A stretch of DNA of 64,000 nt from Eukaryota sp. GEM-RC1 (Eukaryota), in contig JAUFOQ010000004.1 of assembly GCA_040285855.1 (NCBI GenBank), positions 1,054,001 through 1,118,000 on the forward strand. Reading direction: 5' to 3'. Made by a program: the position numbers and the translations under genes. The notes beneath the pieces were generated by a model, which was not told where the DNA came from, did not search any database, and saw only the letters and a list, made by a program, of their open reading frames with translations. Below, piece after piece: positions 37,475 through 47,992 of this stretch (its first letter is position 1; each line of letters begins with the position of its first letter).

Positions 37475-39687
37475 CCGTACACTACCCTAAATTATGGTAC
37501 GGTACGATACTCGGTTTCCGTAAAATACGGTAACTGTAAAAATACGGAAATAATTTACGTCGTATGTTCATGTTACTGTAGAGAATATTAAAAATTCTCA
37601 TTTTTCATGCTCCGTATGTCAAGACATCAGAGCAATACTGATCATTTTCATCAGTTCTGTAACAACTGATCCATTCTCTGATGTATAAGTACTTGAAAGA
37701 AGAGAATTGAGTAGGTCGGATACATGACAAGAGCTGAAATACTTAGAAGCTGGTACAACCTTAATGGTCTTAATAATCAAATAAACCTGCCAAGACAACT
37801 TCAAAAACCGAATTTTGTTGATCATCGTCATCGTTTGAAGTGACCATCTTCAAAACGTCAACTTTTTCTTCTCTACAATATAAGCTGTTGGACACTATTG
37901 AAACGGTTATCCATGTAGGTCATTCACAAGAATATTAACATATCTTTTCTGATTAGTGATGGATCATGGTTTTGATCCTTATTTGCTCTTAGTTTTTGTA
38001 GTTTCAAATGGAAAAATATTTTTCCGTATTTCGCGTATTCTCACTTCGTTTCAAACTGCCGTAAAATAGAGTAACTGTAAAACTACGGAAACTATTTACG
38101 GCAAAGTTCAAAAAGTAGCGTATTTACGTCTACTAGTTCTATAGATCACTGTAAAATACACAGGCAAAAAAAATATTACAATACATAATACAAAAAAGAC
38201 AGAAAACAGAAAACAATACAAATACCGAATACAAATGCAATACAGAACACTGTATTAAGTGTATTTTTTATCTTGTACTTACAAGTATTAACCTATGTGT
38301 ATTGAGTCCACTGACTGCAAAAGTTACTGATGTTCACGGTTTTCATCGTTCACAGTATGCATTCTTAGACTTCTTTTCATTTATCAACCCAATAGTCCTT
38401 TCCATTCCAAAATGCAACAAGTGTTCAAATGTTCATTTGATCCGCCGAAAAAACTGTCTGGGATGTATAGGATGTGACTTTGGACACTTCTTGTGTCATA
38501 CATTATTTGTTTATCGTCTTAATAAACCGCTTTTAAGTTCAAAGTTTATACTCATAGTCTGCAAAGACTACACATACATCTCCAAAACAGGATCAATCTG
38601 AGTGTCGTTTGATTCGTCTCATCAGGGTTTTGAATCATCAGCACCGACTATCAGTAGTGAAACTAGAGTGCAAAACTTCACATGGTTTTGTATTTTTCAA
38701 TTTTTAATCTTCATTCTTAAGCGTTTCTAAATGATTGTCATTTGACTTTGATCGGTGTTTCACTTTTTAGTCAGCTAGCATAATCCGTTGACGTACTGTA
38801 ATGGATAGATAGAAAATTGAGCAGCAAATTGTATTTCTGCAAGTTGTTTTTAAATAATACATGGTCACATTATACCAAACGATATTACAATTGATCTAGC
38901 ATATTTGCTGTCAAGTGTTTCTATCATGTATTTCAGTCATTTTAATCAATTAAAAAGATTTTAGGGCTGGTAGAACAATACAAAAAAAACAAATAGAAAT
39001 ACACTTTTCCAGAAAAAAATACAAAAAGTAATATAGAAAACATATGTAATACAAAAAAATACTGTATTTTGTATTTTACAACTATGATTTTTACAGCTCG
39101 ACACTAACACAGTTTAACATCGAATTAGTTCTTACCAAAACTTGATAAGATCGTCCGCAGATTTATTGTAGTTAAAATATCTCGTATATATGCCACGAAC
39201 ATTTGGTAATATACCCTCAGTTTTCTTCAGCCATGTCGAAAATCCACAATTAATTTTAGTTGTCCAATTTCATCATAAAAATATGTTGGTTTTCAGTACA
39301 GTGATGTCACAATTTGAGTTCTACAATAGTAGAGTAAATCAATTTTGCCCCCAGAATGATGGTGGTTCAAAATACTGCCAAACTTTCACCCCCTGTTCGC
39401 TAAGCCGTCGTCTTTTCTGCTCAACAGGTAAGCTAGGTAAAACCCATGTCATCAACATGCATTTTCCCTAAAAATAACTCGTCAAAATAGAATTCAATTG
39501 TTGACAGATCATCTTCTAGATTAGAAATACAATAACTCTGTGACAAAAGAAAAAGTTCTAGACTAAAATCCAACGTAAACAATAAGACTACACTCGTTTA
39601 TATGTTGATAACGAATAGATCGCCATCTGTTACCTGAAGAGCTATTGTCTCACAACTCTTCATTGATAAACTTGATGAGGTTTGCTT

Positions 39688-40221
39688 TTAACGTTTTGCT
39701 TTTGCTACAACTTCATCTTTTACTTTGTAAGCCTTCGATATGACTTGATCACCGTGTAACGTTGATACGATTCCAAAGAAGTTGGGAATTGATTTTTGAT
39801 GATACAAATGTGTTTGAACATCAATAACAGAGAAGTTAGTACTAGTATCTCTTGAATGAGTGTGGATCCATCCAACAATTTTTAATTTGTTCTTTTCCAA
39901 ATAATTCATTACGACCTCAAAATTAACCATACAAATACGTCTGGTTAGAGACATTTCTTTTGGAATTAGTAAATGTGTAATTACATCGTTTGACTGAGAA
40001 ACGAAATTTGACAGAGTACCAAATCGTCCAATGTCTCTATAAAAGCTGTCAGTAATTGATTCTAAAAAAGAAGGAATTAAAGACATGGGGATTATTCTTA
40101 CTGGTCGGGTAGGAGTTATTTCTAGAACATGGGCATTGCGAAATAGTGAAGCAAAGGGGTAAAAATTACAACTAGTTAATTTGGGTAGAGTTCCATTGAG
40201 ATAAATTGAAGAATTATTCAC
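39688..40221 (-). CDS. JAB1/MPN (JAMM) metalloprotease-domain protein, AMSH-like; possibly a pseudogene
   Basis: ITHLLIPK...VGWIHTHSRDTSTNFSVIDVQTH...FGIV, an HxH...S..D JAMM motif. Confidence 0.65.
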   Translation of the reverse strand: MNNSSIYLNGTLPKLTSCNFYPFASLFRNAHVLEITPTRPVRIIPMSLIPSFLESITDSFYRDIGRFGTLSNFVSQSNDVITHLLIPKEMSLTRRICMVNFEVVMNYLEKNKLKIVGWIHTHSRDTSTNFSVIDVQTHLYHQKSIPNFFGIVSTLHGDQVISKAYKVKDEVVAKAKR

Positions 40222-40527
40222 AGATTTGATTGATAGTGTGTAATTAATCAGATTTGCATTTGTAACAACGGCACGATGGTGTCTTCAATAACGTATCAAG
40301 TATAGCATGACTTAAGAAATTCGATGGTGTTCGTCTACAACCAAATGTCGATTTTTCCGTAAATTACCGTCACAAAATAGAGAACGAGTTGTCCACTACA
40401 GATGAAGATTATCAATTTTACCAAGATGTACATGTAACATTGTGTAAATACTATTTCCTATGTATTCAATAACCATAGATATCACAGTTATGACAACAAC
40501 TGTTGGAGAAGAGTAAAAATAATTGGC

Positions 40528-40590
40528 ATGAATTCAAGCTCTTTAACAATGAATTCAAGCTCTTTAACAATGAATTCAAGCTCTTTAACA
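40528..40590. repeat. 21-bp tandem repeat x3
   Basis: ATGAATTCAAGCTCTTTAACA three times, with no spacers. Confidence 0.95.
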
Positions 40591-40894
40591 TTGAAATCCA
40601 GTGAAAAAGCCACATACTTTAGTTTTTTTTTTTGGAAATGAACAGACATTAGTCAGTGGTGATTCTTACCATTCTTTGGGAAATCAGTAGTGTCATATTT
40701 GATGAACGTTCACTTACTGCGACGGCAGTCTTTAACAATGATATCATATCTCTGAAAATTTCTATTGATAACAGTAGCAATAGAAACACTCTATGATTGT
40801 GGAACAATTTGGTGATAATAAATTGCCTAAGTTGTTTTGTGTTGAGTAGTCACTTGGTCTTATCCAAAGTGACATTTAAGTACACCATTTGGAA

Positions 40895-42282
40895 CTTACT
40901 TGTTGATAACAATAACAGTGTGATAACATGTGATTGTGATAACATGTTATAACAAACATGAAATATCTTGTGATAACATTGGGTCTTTATAAAGCAAAAT
41001 TTTACCAAATATATTACATCCAATAAAAGGTTTGTAGAGGTATCGGTACATTGTGTCTCCTTTGTTAATATTGATGATGATCTTAATTTGAAATTGTAAA
41101 TAGAAGACGTTTTTTGTACCATTAATCGGTATTTGTGAAGGATCACTTGTTTACTATCGAAACTGAAGTTTTCACAACTAAGGGAGACTGATCACCAAGC
41201 AACACAAACAATATTACCCAATGATCAAAATAAATATTCATTTGGAATCTGTCTTGACGGATATTGCGCAAACAATCCCGAAGTCAGAAACTGAAGAAGA
41301 GTCCGATGCATCAATTGGGACTATTTGAAGAGATTGATGTTGAAAAGACAATTGATCACAAGTAAAATGTAGGTGCAGAACATTGGAGGAAAACAGAGTA
41401 CGGGCTTCAGTGATCACCCACTGATGAATTGCTAAATGTAGTTTTGTTTTTGTGTGTAGTTTTTGTGAATTTCTAAAAAAAAGTGCTTAATAGCAGTGTT
41501 GGTATTTCAATAACGGTTATAACGAATGCCCTTTGTTATAACACGTGATAGTATGTTATCACATTTTGTTATTGTGATTCTGTGATTCTCTGTGATCACA
41601 AATGGTAGTTGGTTGTTATCAACAAGTATTAGTACTGGGCGTTCAGATCGGATTTCATTTCAGATTTCGGATAGGATCGGATTCAGATCGGATTCAGATC
41701 CAGTGTAGCTGTTTTGTTCGGATTTAGATCGGATACGGATTTGATGGTTCGGATTCGGATCGGATCCGGATATCCGTTATCTAAAAGTAGTGATTGGGCA
41801 TAGAACAATGTTACGACTATTACCAATGCTATATTGTTAAACTAACAAGATCTGATGTGTTTATGTACATTCACATCTACTTTACTGCAACACTCCCCTA
41901 AAGACATTGTAATATGGCTGTAAAAGTTAAAAATGTAATACATTAATGCAAGTTATGTTCAAACACGAGTTTTTAGAAGGTGTTGGTGTTCTTCTGATCT
42001 TCTTTTCAACATTAAAACTGATGATTCAGGTATTCTGACGATTCTCAAATTTTTTGAAGTTTATTCAATTCAATAACATATTGAATATGATATTAGTGTT
42101 CTCATACAGTGAAGAAAGAACTAAGAAAAATCCCTTGTTCGGATTTCAGATCGGATTCAGATAATGGTAGTTCAGATCGGATCGGATTCGGATTGTAGCA
42201 GTTCGGATTGGATTGGATTCAGATGTGAGAAATTCAGATAGGATCGGATCAGATATCTGAACGCCCAGTGCTAACAAGTATG
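40895..42282. mobile_element. Non-autonomous hAT-type element with its right TIR interrupted
   Basis: TIR C(T/A)TACTTGTTGATAACAA; 8-bp TSD ATTTGGAA at 40887-40894 and 42283-42290; TGATAACA subterminal repeats. Confidence 0.85.
41630..42273. mobile_element. hAT-type MITE inserted into the right TIR of the 40895 element
   Basis: TIR TAG(T/C)ACTGGGCGTTCAGAT; 8-bp TSD ACAAGTAT at 41622-41629 and 42274-42281; TCGGAT/TCAGAT subterminal arrays. Confidence 0.9.
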
Positions 42283-42327
42283 ATTTGGAACATTGCAAAG
42301 CAATCAAAATCACACTGAATTCCGTAA

Positions 42328-43771
42328 ATGTCCTCGCTACATTTCAGTAAAGCAGGCCGAACTATACATGCTGCTCTTCATATAAATAGTAAGAATTCCC
42401 CCTCTTCAGCCCGTGGATCATCTAAGACTCCCAGTCCTTTTGTGAGCGATACCTATATTCAAAGATCTCGATCACATAAAGATGTCACTACTCCCATCAC
42501 TCCACGTAAAAGAATGACTCAATCACAGGGTTCTAGCTCCTTCCTCTGTTCTCCCAGACCTTCTGCTGAACGAAAGTCATCTGGTCCTGAAGTTGGTCAC
42601 TATAATCCCAGACACACGCTAGCTGAACCTTCTTCCCCTCGTTTCTCAATCCTACCTAGATTCGACAGACCTGATCTCAATCGGGAATGCCAATACTCCC
42701 ATAACGTTCCATCTCACAGTACAGACTCTACAAGCCCTCCTAAAACCTCTCCTTCTGCTTCTTTCCTTTCCCCTCCTCGTCCTTCTTCCGAACTGAAGTC
42801 ATCCAGAGTTTTTGACGGTTACTACGATTACTCTGATGAACCTATTTCTCCACGCACTAAAGGACCGCTTCCTTTTGATCGTCAAATGGATAGACCTCAA
42901 GTCGATGCTAAACCTTTGTCCTCTGCTCCTGACGCTGTCTACAATCCGTCATTAGAAGTCGTATCACCTCGTAGAGATAGATTCATTCCCTTCAACAGAC
43001 AATCTCCACGTAGACTTCACGAGAAGTCCAAAGAAATACCGATGCCTTATGACGTCAACTATGAGCCAACACAACCTCGAGTTCTAGTCCCCGCTTTCGA
43101 ACAGTATTCCCCCAGAGAAACCAAATCTCAAACATTTCTTGATAAGATCTATGATGGAGCTGACAAGGGCGATCAGTACGTTAGGAAGACTCCTAGAAGT
43201 GCTGATCTAAGAAGATCTAGCTCACGTGAGTCGATTGTCAGACATTCGTCATCATTGGAGATTCCTGAGACTAATTATGACGTGGAGAGAGGTGAGAGGG
43301 CAATCAGGAAGTCTAATAGCCGATTGATTCCTCTTGAGCTCCAATCACCACGTGATACCAATCCCACGCAGAAATCACATGCCCCTGATAAGTACTATGA
43401 TTACGAAGTTAGTTCACCACGATCTCCAACTAGAACTTCCGCTTTCTCTAAGTCTCCTCGGTTTGACGTTCCTTCTTTGAAGTTAATGGAGTTTAAGTAT
43501 GATCCCAAGTATGGAGCAGTTTCGCCCAGAGTAAAAGGACCTGGACTGGCTAGGCAGTTGTCAAGGGAGGATGTGTATAGGAAACAGAAAGTTCCATTGT
43601 TGGATGTGTCGTATGATTTGCCCCCACGTCACCTAGACCTGCCTTTATTGCTTTTGATTCTCAGCTGAGTAGAGATCAGGTAGCTCAAAAGCACACTGGT
43701 TCTGCCCTGACAAGTATTACTCTGTTAATGATTCATTAACGAGGAAGAAGAGTAGGCAGGCGATTATATAG
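42328..43771 (+). CDS. SHIPPO/ODF3-like Pro-Tyr repeat protein (probably cytoskeletal or flagellar); frameshift near 43622
   Basis: Repeats such as PEVGHYNP, PDAVYNP, YDVNY, PDKYYD and YDPKY, followed by SPR...F..Q..R. Confidence 0.55.
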
Positions 43772-44165
43772 GGGTAATTCGGAGTTAAATTGTGTATAAT
43801 GTGTAAAGTAGTTTTTTTGGAAATTAAATTTTGTACAATTGTTGTTGAGTGTACAGTCCACAATGTCATAAATGATTGAATTGTCAATGATTCAATCATT
43901 GAACTCAGTTCTGACATCTACAAGACACTCTCTGTAGACAACAGAGCGAAATTGACTATTTGCAATCATTTAATTGGCAATAACTGAATTGCCAATTCAA
44001 TTTTATTAAATTTGTTCGACACAACATAGAACAAACATTTCATGATAACTTCGATTCATATAGTACTTGTTGGAAGCACAGTTGTTTAAATGAGAAAAAG
44101 TGATATAGAGATATAAAAATTTATTAAACTAAACACATCAGAAATTCGTCACGTGTGTTAAAGGT

Positions 44166-44254
44166 TCAAAAATCAATCATGAGCCATCAGATCTTTCCCG
44201 TGTCATTGACATTGAAGGAAAGTCATCACATTGGCAATCAATCATGATTTTTGA
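44166..44254 (-). promoter_or_regulatory. Eukaryotic type-2 SECIS element in the TrxR 3' UTR
   Basis: Minus strand GCCA-AT-GTGAT-GACTTTCCT-TCAA-TGTC(AAT)GACA-C-GGGAAAGATC-TGA-TGGC: helix I, (G)UGA/GA core, helix II, unpaired AA and apical ministem, inside an outer TCAAAAATCA/TGATTTTTGA stem. Confidence 0.85.
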
Positions 44255-44266
44255 GGTAGAGGTCTG

Positions 44267-46323
44267 TTAACCTCAGCAGGATGAAACCTTCACGGCAGCA
44301 CCCTTAGGAGTAATTGTATTACAAATCTGTTCAGCTGCAGTAGGATGAATTCCAACAGTGGTATCCAACATCTTCTTAGTACCTTTAGCCTTAACAAATG
44401 AAGAGAATCCTTGAATCATCTCACCAGCACCACGGGGAGCTAACAAATGAATGCCAAGTACACGATCATCAAGTACATTTACAATAACCTTACAATGACA
44501 AATAAAAGAATCTGAGACAAAAGCCCAATAAGCAGGAGTCCAAGAAGAAGTGAAAACAGCAACCTTATCACCAAAGACTTCCTTAGCCTTAGCCTCCGAG
44601 AGACCAACAAAGGAGTATTCTCTGGGGGCAAGGAACATGCAAGAAGCAATGTTCTGATAGTCCATACGATCAGTTGATCCTCCGTATAATCGATCAAGTA
44701 AGAGCTTAGTAGATTGAGTGGCTACAGGAGTCAATTCAGGGATTCCGAAGACAACATCACCAACAGCGTAGATATTAGGAATAGTAGTTCGTTCATTAAC
44801 ACACTTAATCTTTCCATTCTTTTCAGGAACAATTCCCACCTTTTCCAAAGCAAGTTGATCAGTGTTGGGGGTACGACCTGCAGCGTAAACAACAGTATCA
44901 AAAATGCCAGACTTTTGACCTTTAGGAGTGTTGAAGGTCACGTGAAGGTCACCGTCCTTCTTCTCAATCTTTTCAATGGTAGTCTTCATCATAAAAACAA
45001 CTCCTAGTAGATTCTCCATGTCCTGGGAGATTTGGTCAGCAATATCATTATCGACCGTACGTAAGACCTTGCTTCTAACCGCGACCATTACAGTAGATCC
45101 TAATTCACACAAGAAACCAGCGGCTTCAAGTGCAATAAAACCAGCTCCAACAATCAAGGCACGTTTGGGTTGCTCCTTTAATCTAAAGAGCTCATCACTG
45201 GTAATCACGTGTTCAGCTCCATCAAACTTGGGCATTGTGGGTCTTCCTCCAACAGAAATAACAATTCTACGACCAGTAATGTTCTTGGGTGGATCGTTTG
45301 ACTCTGGGTTGTAGATTGCAACGGTATTAGCATCAACAAATGACCCTTTACCAAAGAAGAGATCAATTCCCATTTCAGGAAGGGAAGTTTCGTAGTTAGT
45401 ACTGGTATTGGTCACGTTGTTTTGAACGCTATCAACTAGCTTAGTCCAATCAAAAGTTGATTCAACTTCATGGCCATACTTGGAAGCAAACTCGCTGTGA
45501 AGAGTACGTTGAAGTCCAGCAGATTCATGGATCTGAATCTTGGGAATACAGCCACGGAGAGCACAGGTTCCTCCAACAGAGTAGTTAGGGTAGTACTCAA
45601 CGACGGCAACTTTGAGGTTGTATTTAGAAACAGCATACTTAGCACCAGCAACACCAGCGGAACCTCCACCAATGAAGATGAGGTCGTATTGGAGACCAGC
45701 AGCGGAACCTTTATCAAACGCAGGGTGAGAGCGGCTGAGAGGGACGGATCCGGATTCAACAGCTAGTTGACCATAGAGTCGGTTGAGGAGACGGTTGCGT
45801 TTAGATTGGACGATAGCTTTGATGAAAATGCAAAAGAACACAAAAGGCAAAGGCACCTTCGGCAAATGAAAAGATGGTCAGCATTCCAAGACAAACGACA
45901 GCAACGTAGGGATACTCAAGGAGAATGGCAGCAAGGGAGATGGCAGTGAACAGAGAACCAACAAAATAAGCTCGTCTTTTGGGAACGGTTGGACATGGGT
46001 TGGAAGGGAACATGTAGGACAAGATTTTGGACACCCATCCTAATGGGGAGAACATAGGACCGATCAAAAACCTGAAATGAGACTAGATAATGAGTACAAA
46101 CCTCAACACGAAATCACCAACAAGAGCATAAATCACATAAGAAACATATTCGTTTTCGAGGATAGAAGAAGTTCGCTAGCCAAGCCATACCCATAAAGGA
46201 AGTCAACATGGAACCAATTCTAGCTTCAGCAGATTCCATCTTCTTGGGGTAACGGATACCATGATAGAAAAAGGGCAAACGACGTTTTTTTCCTTCGAGT
46301 TCGCTATCCATGTTTACGTACAT
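44267..46323 (-). CDS. TXNRD: Selenocysteine-containing high-Mr thioredoxin reductase with an N-terminal DUF4395-like membrane domain (30-nt intron 46072-46101; apparent 1-nt insertions near 46160 and 45833)
   Basis: GGGSAG, GGTCALRGCIPK, GAGFIALE, HPTAAE; C-terminus TCA TCC TGC TGA GGT TAA = SSC-U-G-stop. The upstream part reads EARIGS...DFVLRFLIGPMFSPLG...PKRRAYFVG...EGAFAFCVLC after splicing and correction. Confidence 0.88.
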
Positions 46324-47600
46324 AGGAAGAAAATACGAAACACATCATTTTCACTTTCGGAAATTGGCAATTCATGATGACGTCACTCCGAGATCCTTCC
46401 AGACAATACATTTCTAGGTGTGAGCTGTGGTTATCAGCACGTCATCGCTAGTACTGCTTGGGTAGTCTTGTACCAGATTATGAATCATTATTTGGATGAG
46501 TGTAATAATCAAATGTTCAGTCTACCACTAGCAGTAGACTACAATTGAGAACATTCTAAGTACTTCAAGACGGAGTGTGACCGAGTGTAGAATTTTCTGA
46601 GCACAGAGTTGTTTTACATATCTTCGTTTTCATGATTCTTCTACACGCATTTCTTATAAGATTTAGAAGTCTTGACCCAACTCTGAACTTCCCAGCTGAA
46701 TTTATTCGTTTCTGCCAAGATCCTGAACAATACAGCTTGTTTTCTTTTTTATTACGGGAACCATGGAACACAATCTTCTTCTGAACTGGTTCCTCCAATT
46801 GATATTCTTGATTGTGTATTCTATCTTTACCATCGTTGTCTAGAGCAAGGTATCAACCGTTCAGCTTGTGATACTGTCCTTAGCGATTGTGTTAGACTTC
46901 TTGTGGAAGATCCTGCTATCTGTTTCTCTGATTCATCTCACAAATTCTGTCATCGGATTCTTCGCGGAGGCCCCTTCTCTCCACAAAGTATTTGGTCACT
47001 TTCTTTAACCTGGACCTTCTTCATTACAATGGTTGTAGTGTGCTTGTTCATATTTATCCTTCTTAAATTGCTTCAATGAATCTTTGAATTAATATGTGCA
47101 TCCGATTTTCTAATCTAGAAGCTCACTTATTATTTTTACAAGCACAATTCCAAAATATGGAAACATGTGCTACAGTACATGTAGTAAGAATTATAGTGCT
47201 CCTTGTTTCCCTTTCATATGGCAAAATTATTCCGTCCGTTCACTAGTGGGAGTGCAACACGTGTTTTTTTCCTGTTACTGAGCTCTACATCCTCCTAACT
47301 TACCATGTGAGACAAGGAACAAGACACAATAATAGCTGTATAATTTTGTCCTAATGGTGAGAGAGTTTGTTTTTGTAGATATTAATAATTTCAATTTATT
47401 GTTGTTCTTGCAAGATATTATTTAAGAAATGTACTACTTTTTTTTCTTTATTCATTCTTTTATAGAACAAAAACACTAAAATATACACAAATACTAGAAC
47501 TCAATATCATTAAAGCAACAATCATTGCCATTAAAACTCACATCAGCTTTTTCTTCATAAAAAACACTGAGAGCTAATAGAGCTACTACTACTAGTAGTA

Positions 47601-47815
47601 CACTGGTCACAATATTTTGTCTCAGTGGAAAATTAGTCTCAGTTCAAAATTTGTCTCACTGAGACTAATTTATGTTTTGCGTCCATTTCGACATTTTAGA
47701 GGCATATTTCGCTAGATGAAAATTAGTCTCAGTGAGACTAATTTATGAATAGACCATTTTGAAACTACTGTACGTTATGAATTAGTCTCACTGAGACTAA
47801 TTGTTGTGACCAGTG
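47601..47815. mobile_element. 215-bp MITE
   Basis: TIR CACTGGTCACAA / TTGTGACCAGTG; internal near-palindromes AATTAGTCTCA(G/C)TGAGACTAATT; related motifs at 4263-4300 and 4751-4770; no clear TSD. Confidence 0.75.
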
Positions 47816-47992
47816 CAGTATAATTGCAAGTTATGATTTTACTTCCTTGAGTGTTCGTCAAACCAGTTAATTGGATTATTCTCGTGGTTTATGTATGGAC
47901 TTATTTCCAAAAATATATTTTGAAAGAGCAAAATGTTTTTTGAGTGAGAACTTTCCACTACAACTTACACGAAGAACTAAAAAATTTGTACA

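Larger units (their letters stand above)
36400..38151. mobile_element. Non-autonomous hAT-type element inserted in the TIR of the outer element
   Basis: TIR CAGTGATGTAT / ATAGATCACTG; 8-bp TSD TAAAATAC at 36392-36399 and 38152-38159; CCGTA/TACGG subterminal repeats. Confidence 0.85.
36384..39086. mobile_element. Outer, older hAT-like non-autonomous element hosting nested insertions
   Basis: TIR TGTAGTTGTAAAATAC / GTATTTTACAACTATG; AATAC subterminal repeats at 38160-38250 and 38975-39080; no intact TSD. Confidence 0.6.

Noticed and set aside
40528..40590. CRISPR-like array
   Set aside because: Three head-to-tail 21-mers with no spacers, no cas genes, and a eukaryotic context.
41630..42273. 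TCGGAT arrays as telomeric or satellite repeats
   Set aside because: They lie just inside TIRs bounded by an 8-bp TSD, so they are transposon subterminal repeats.
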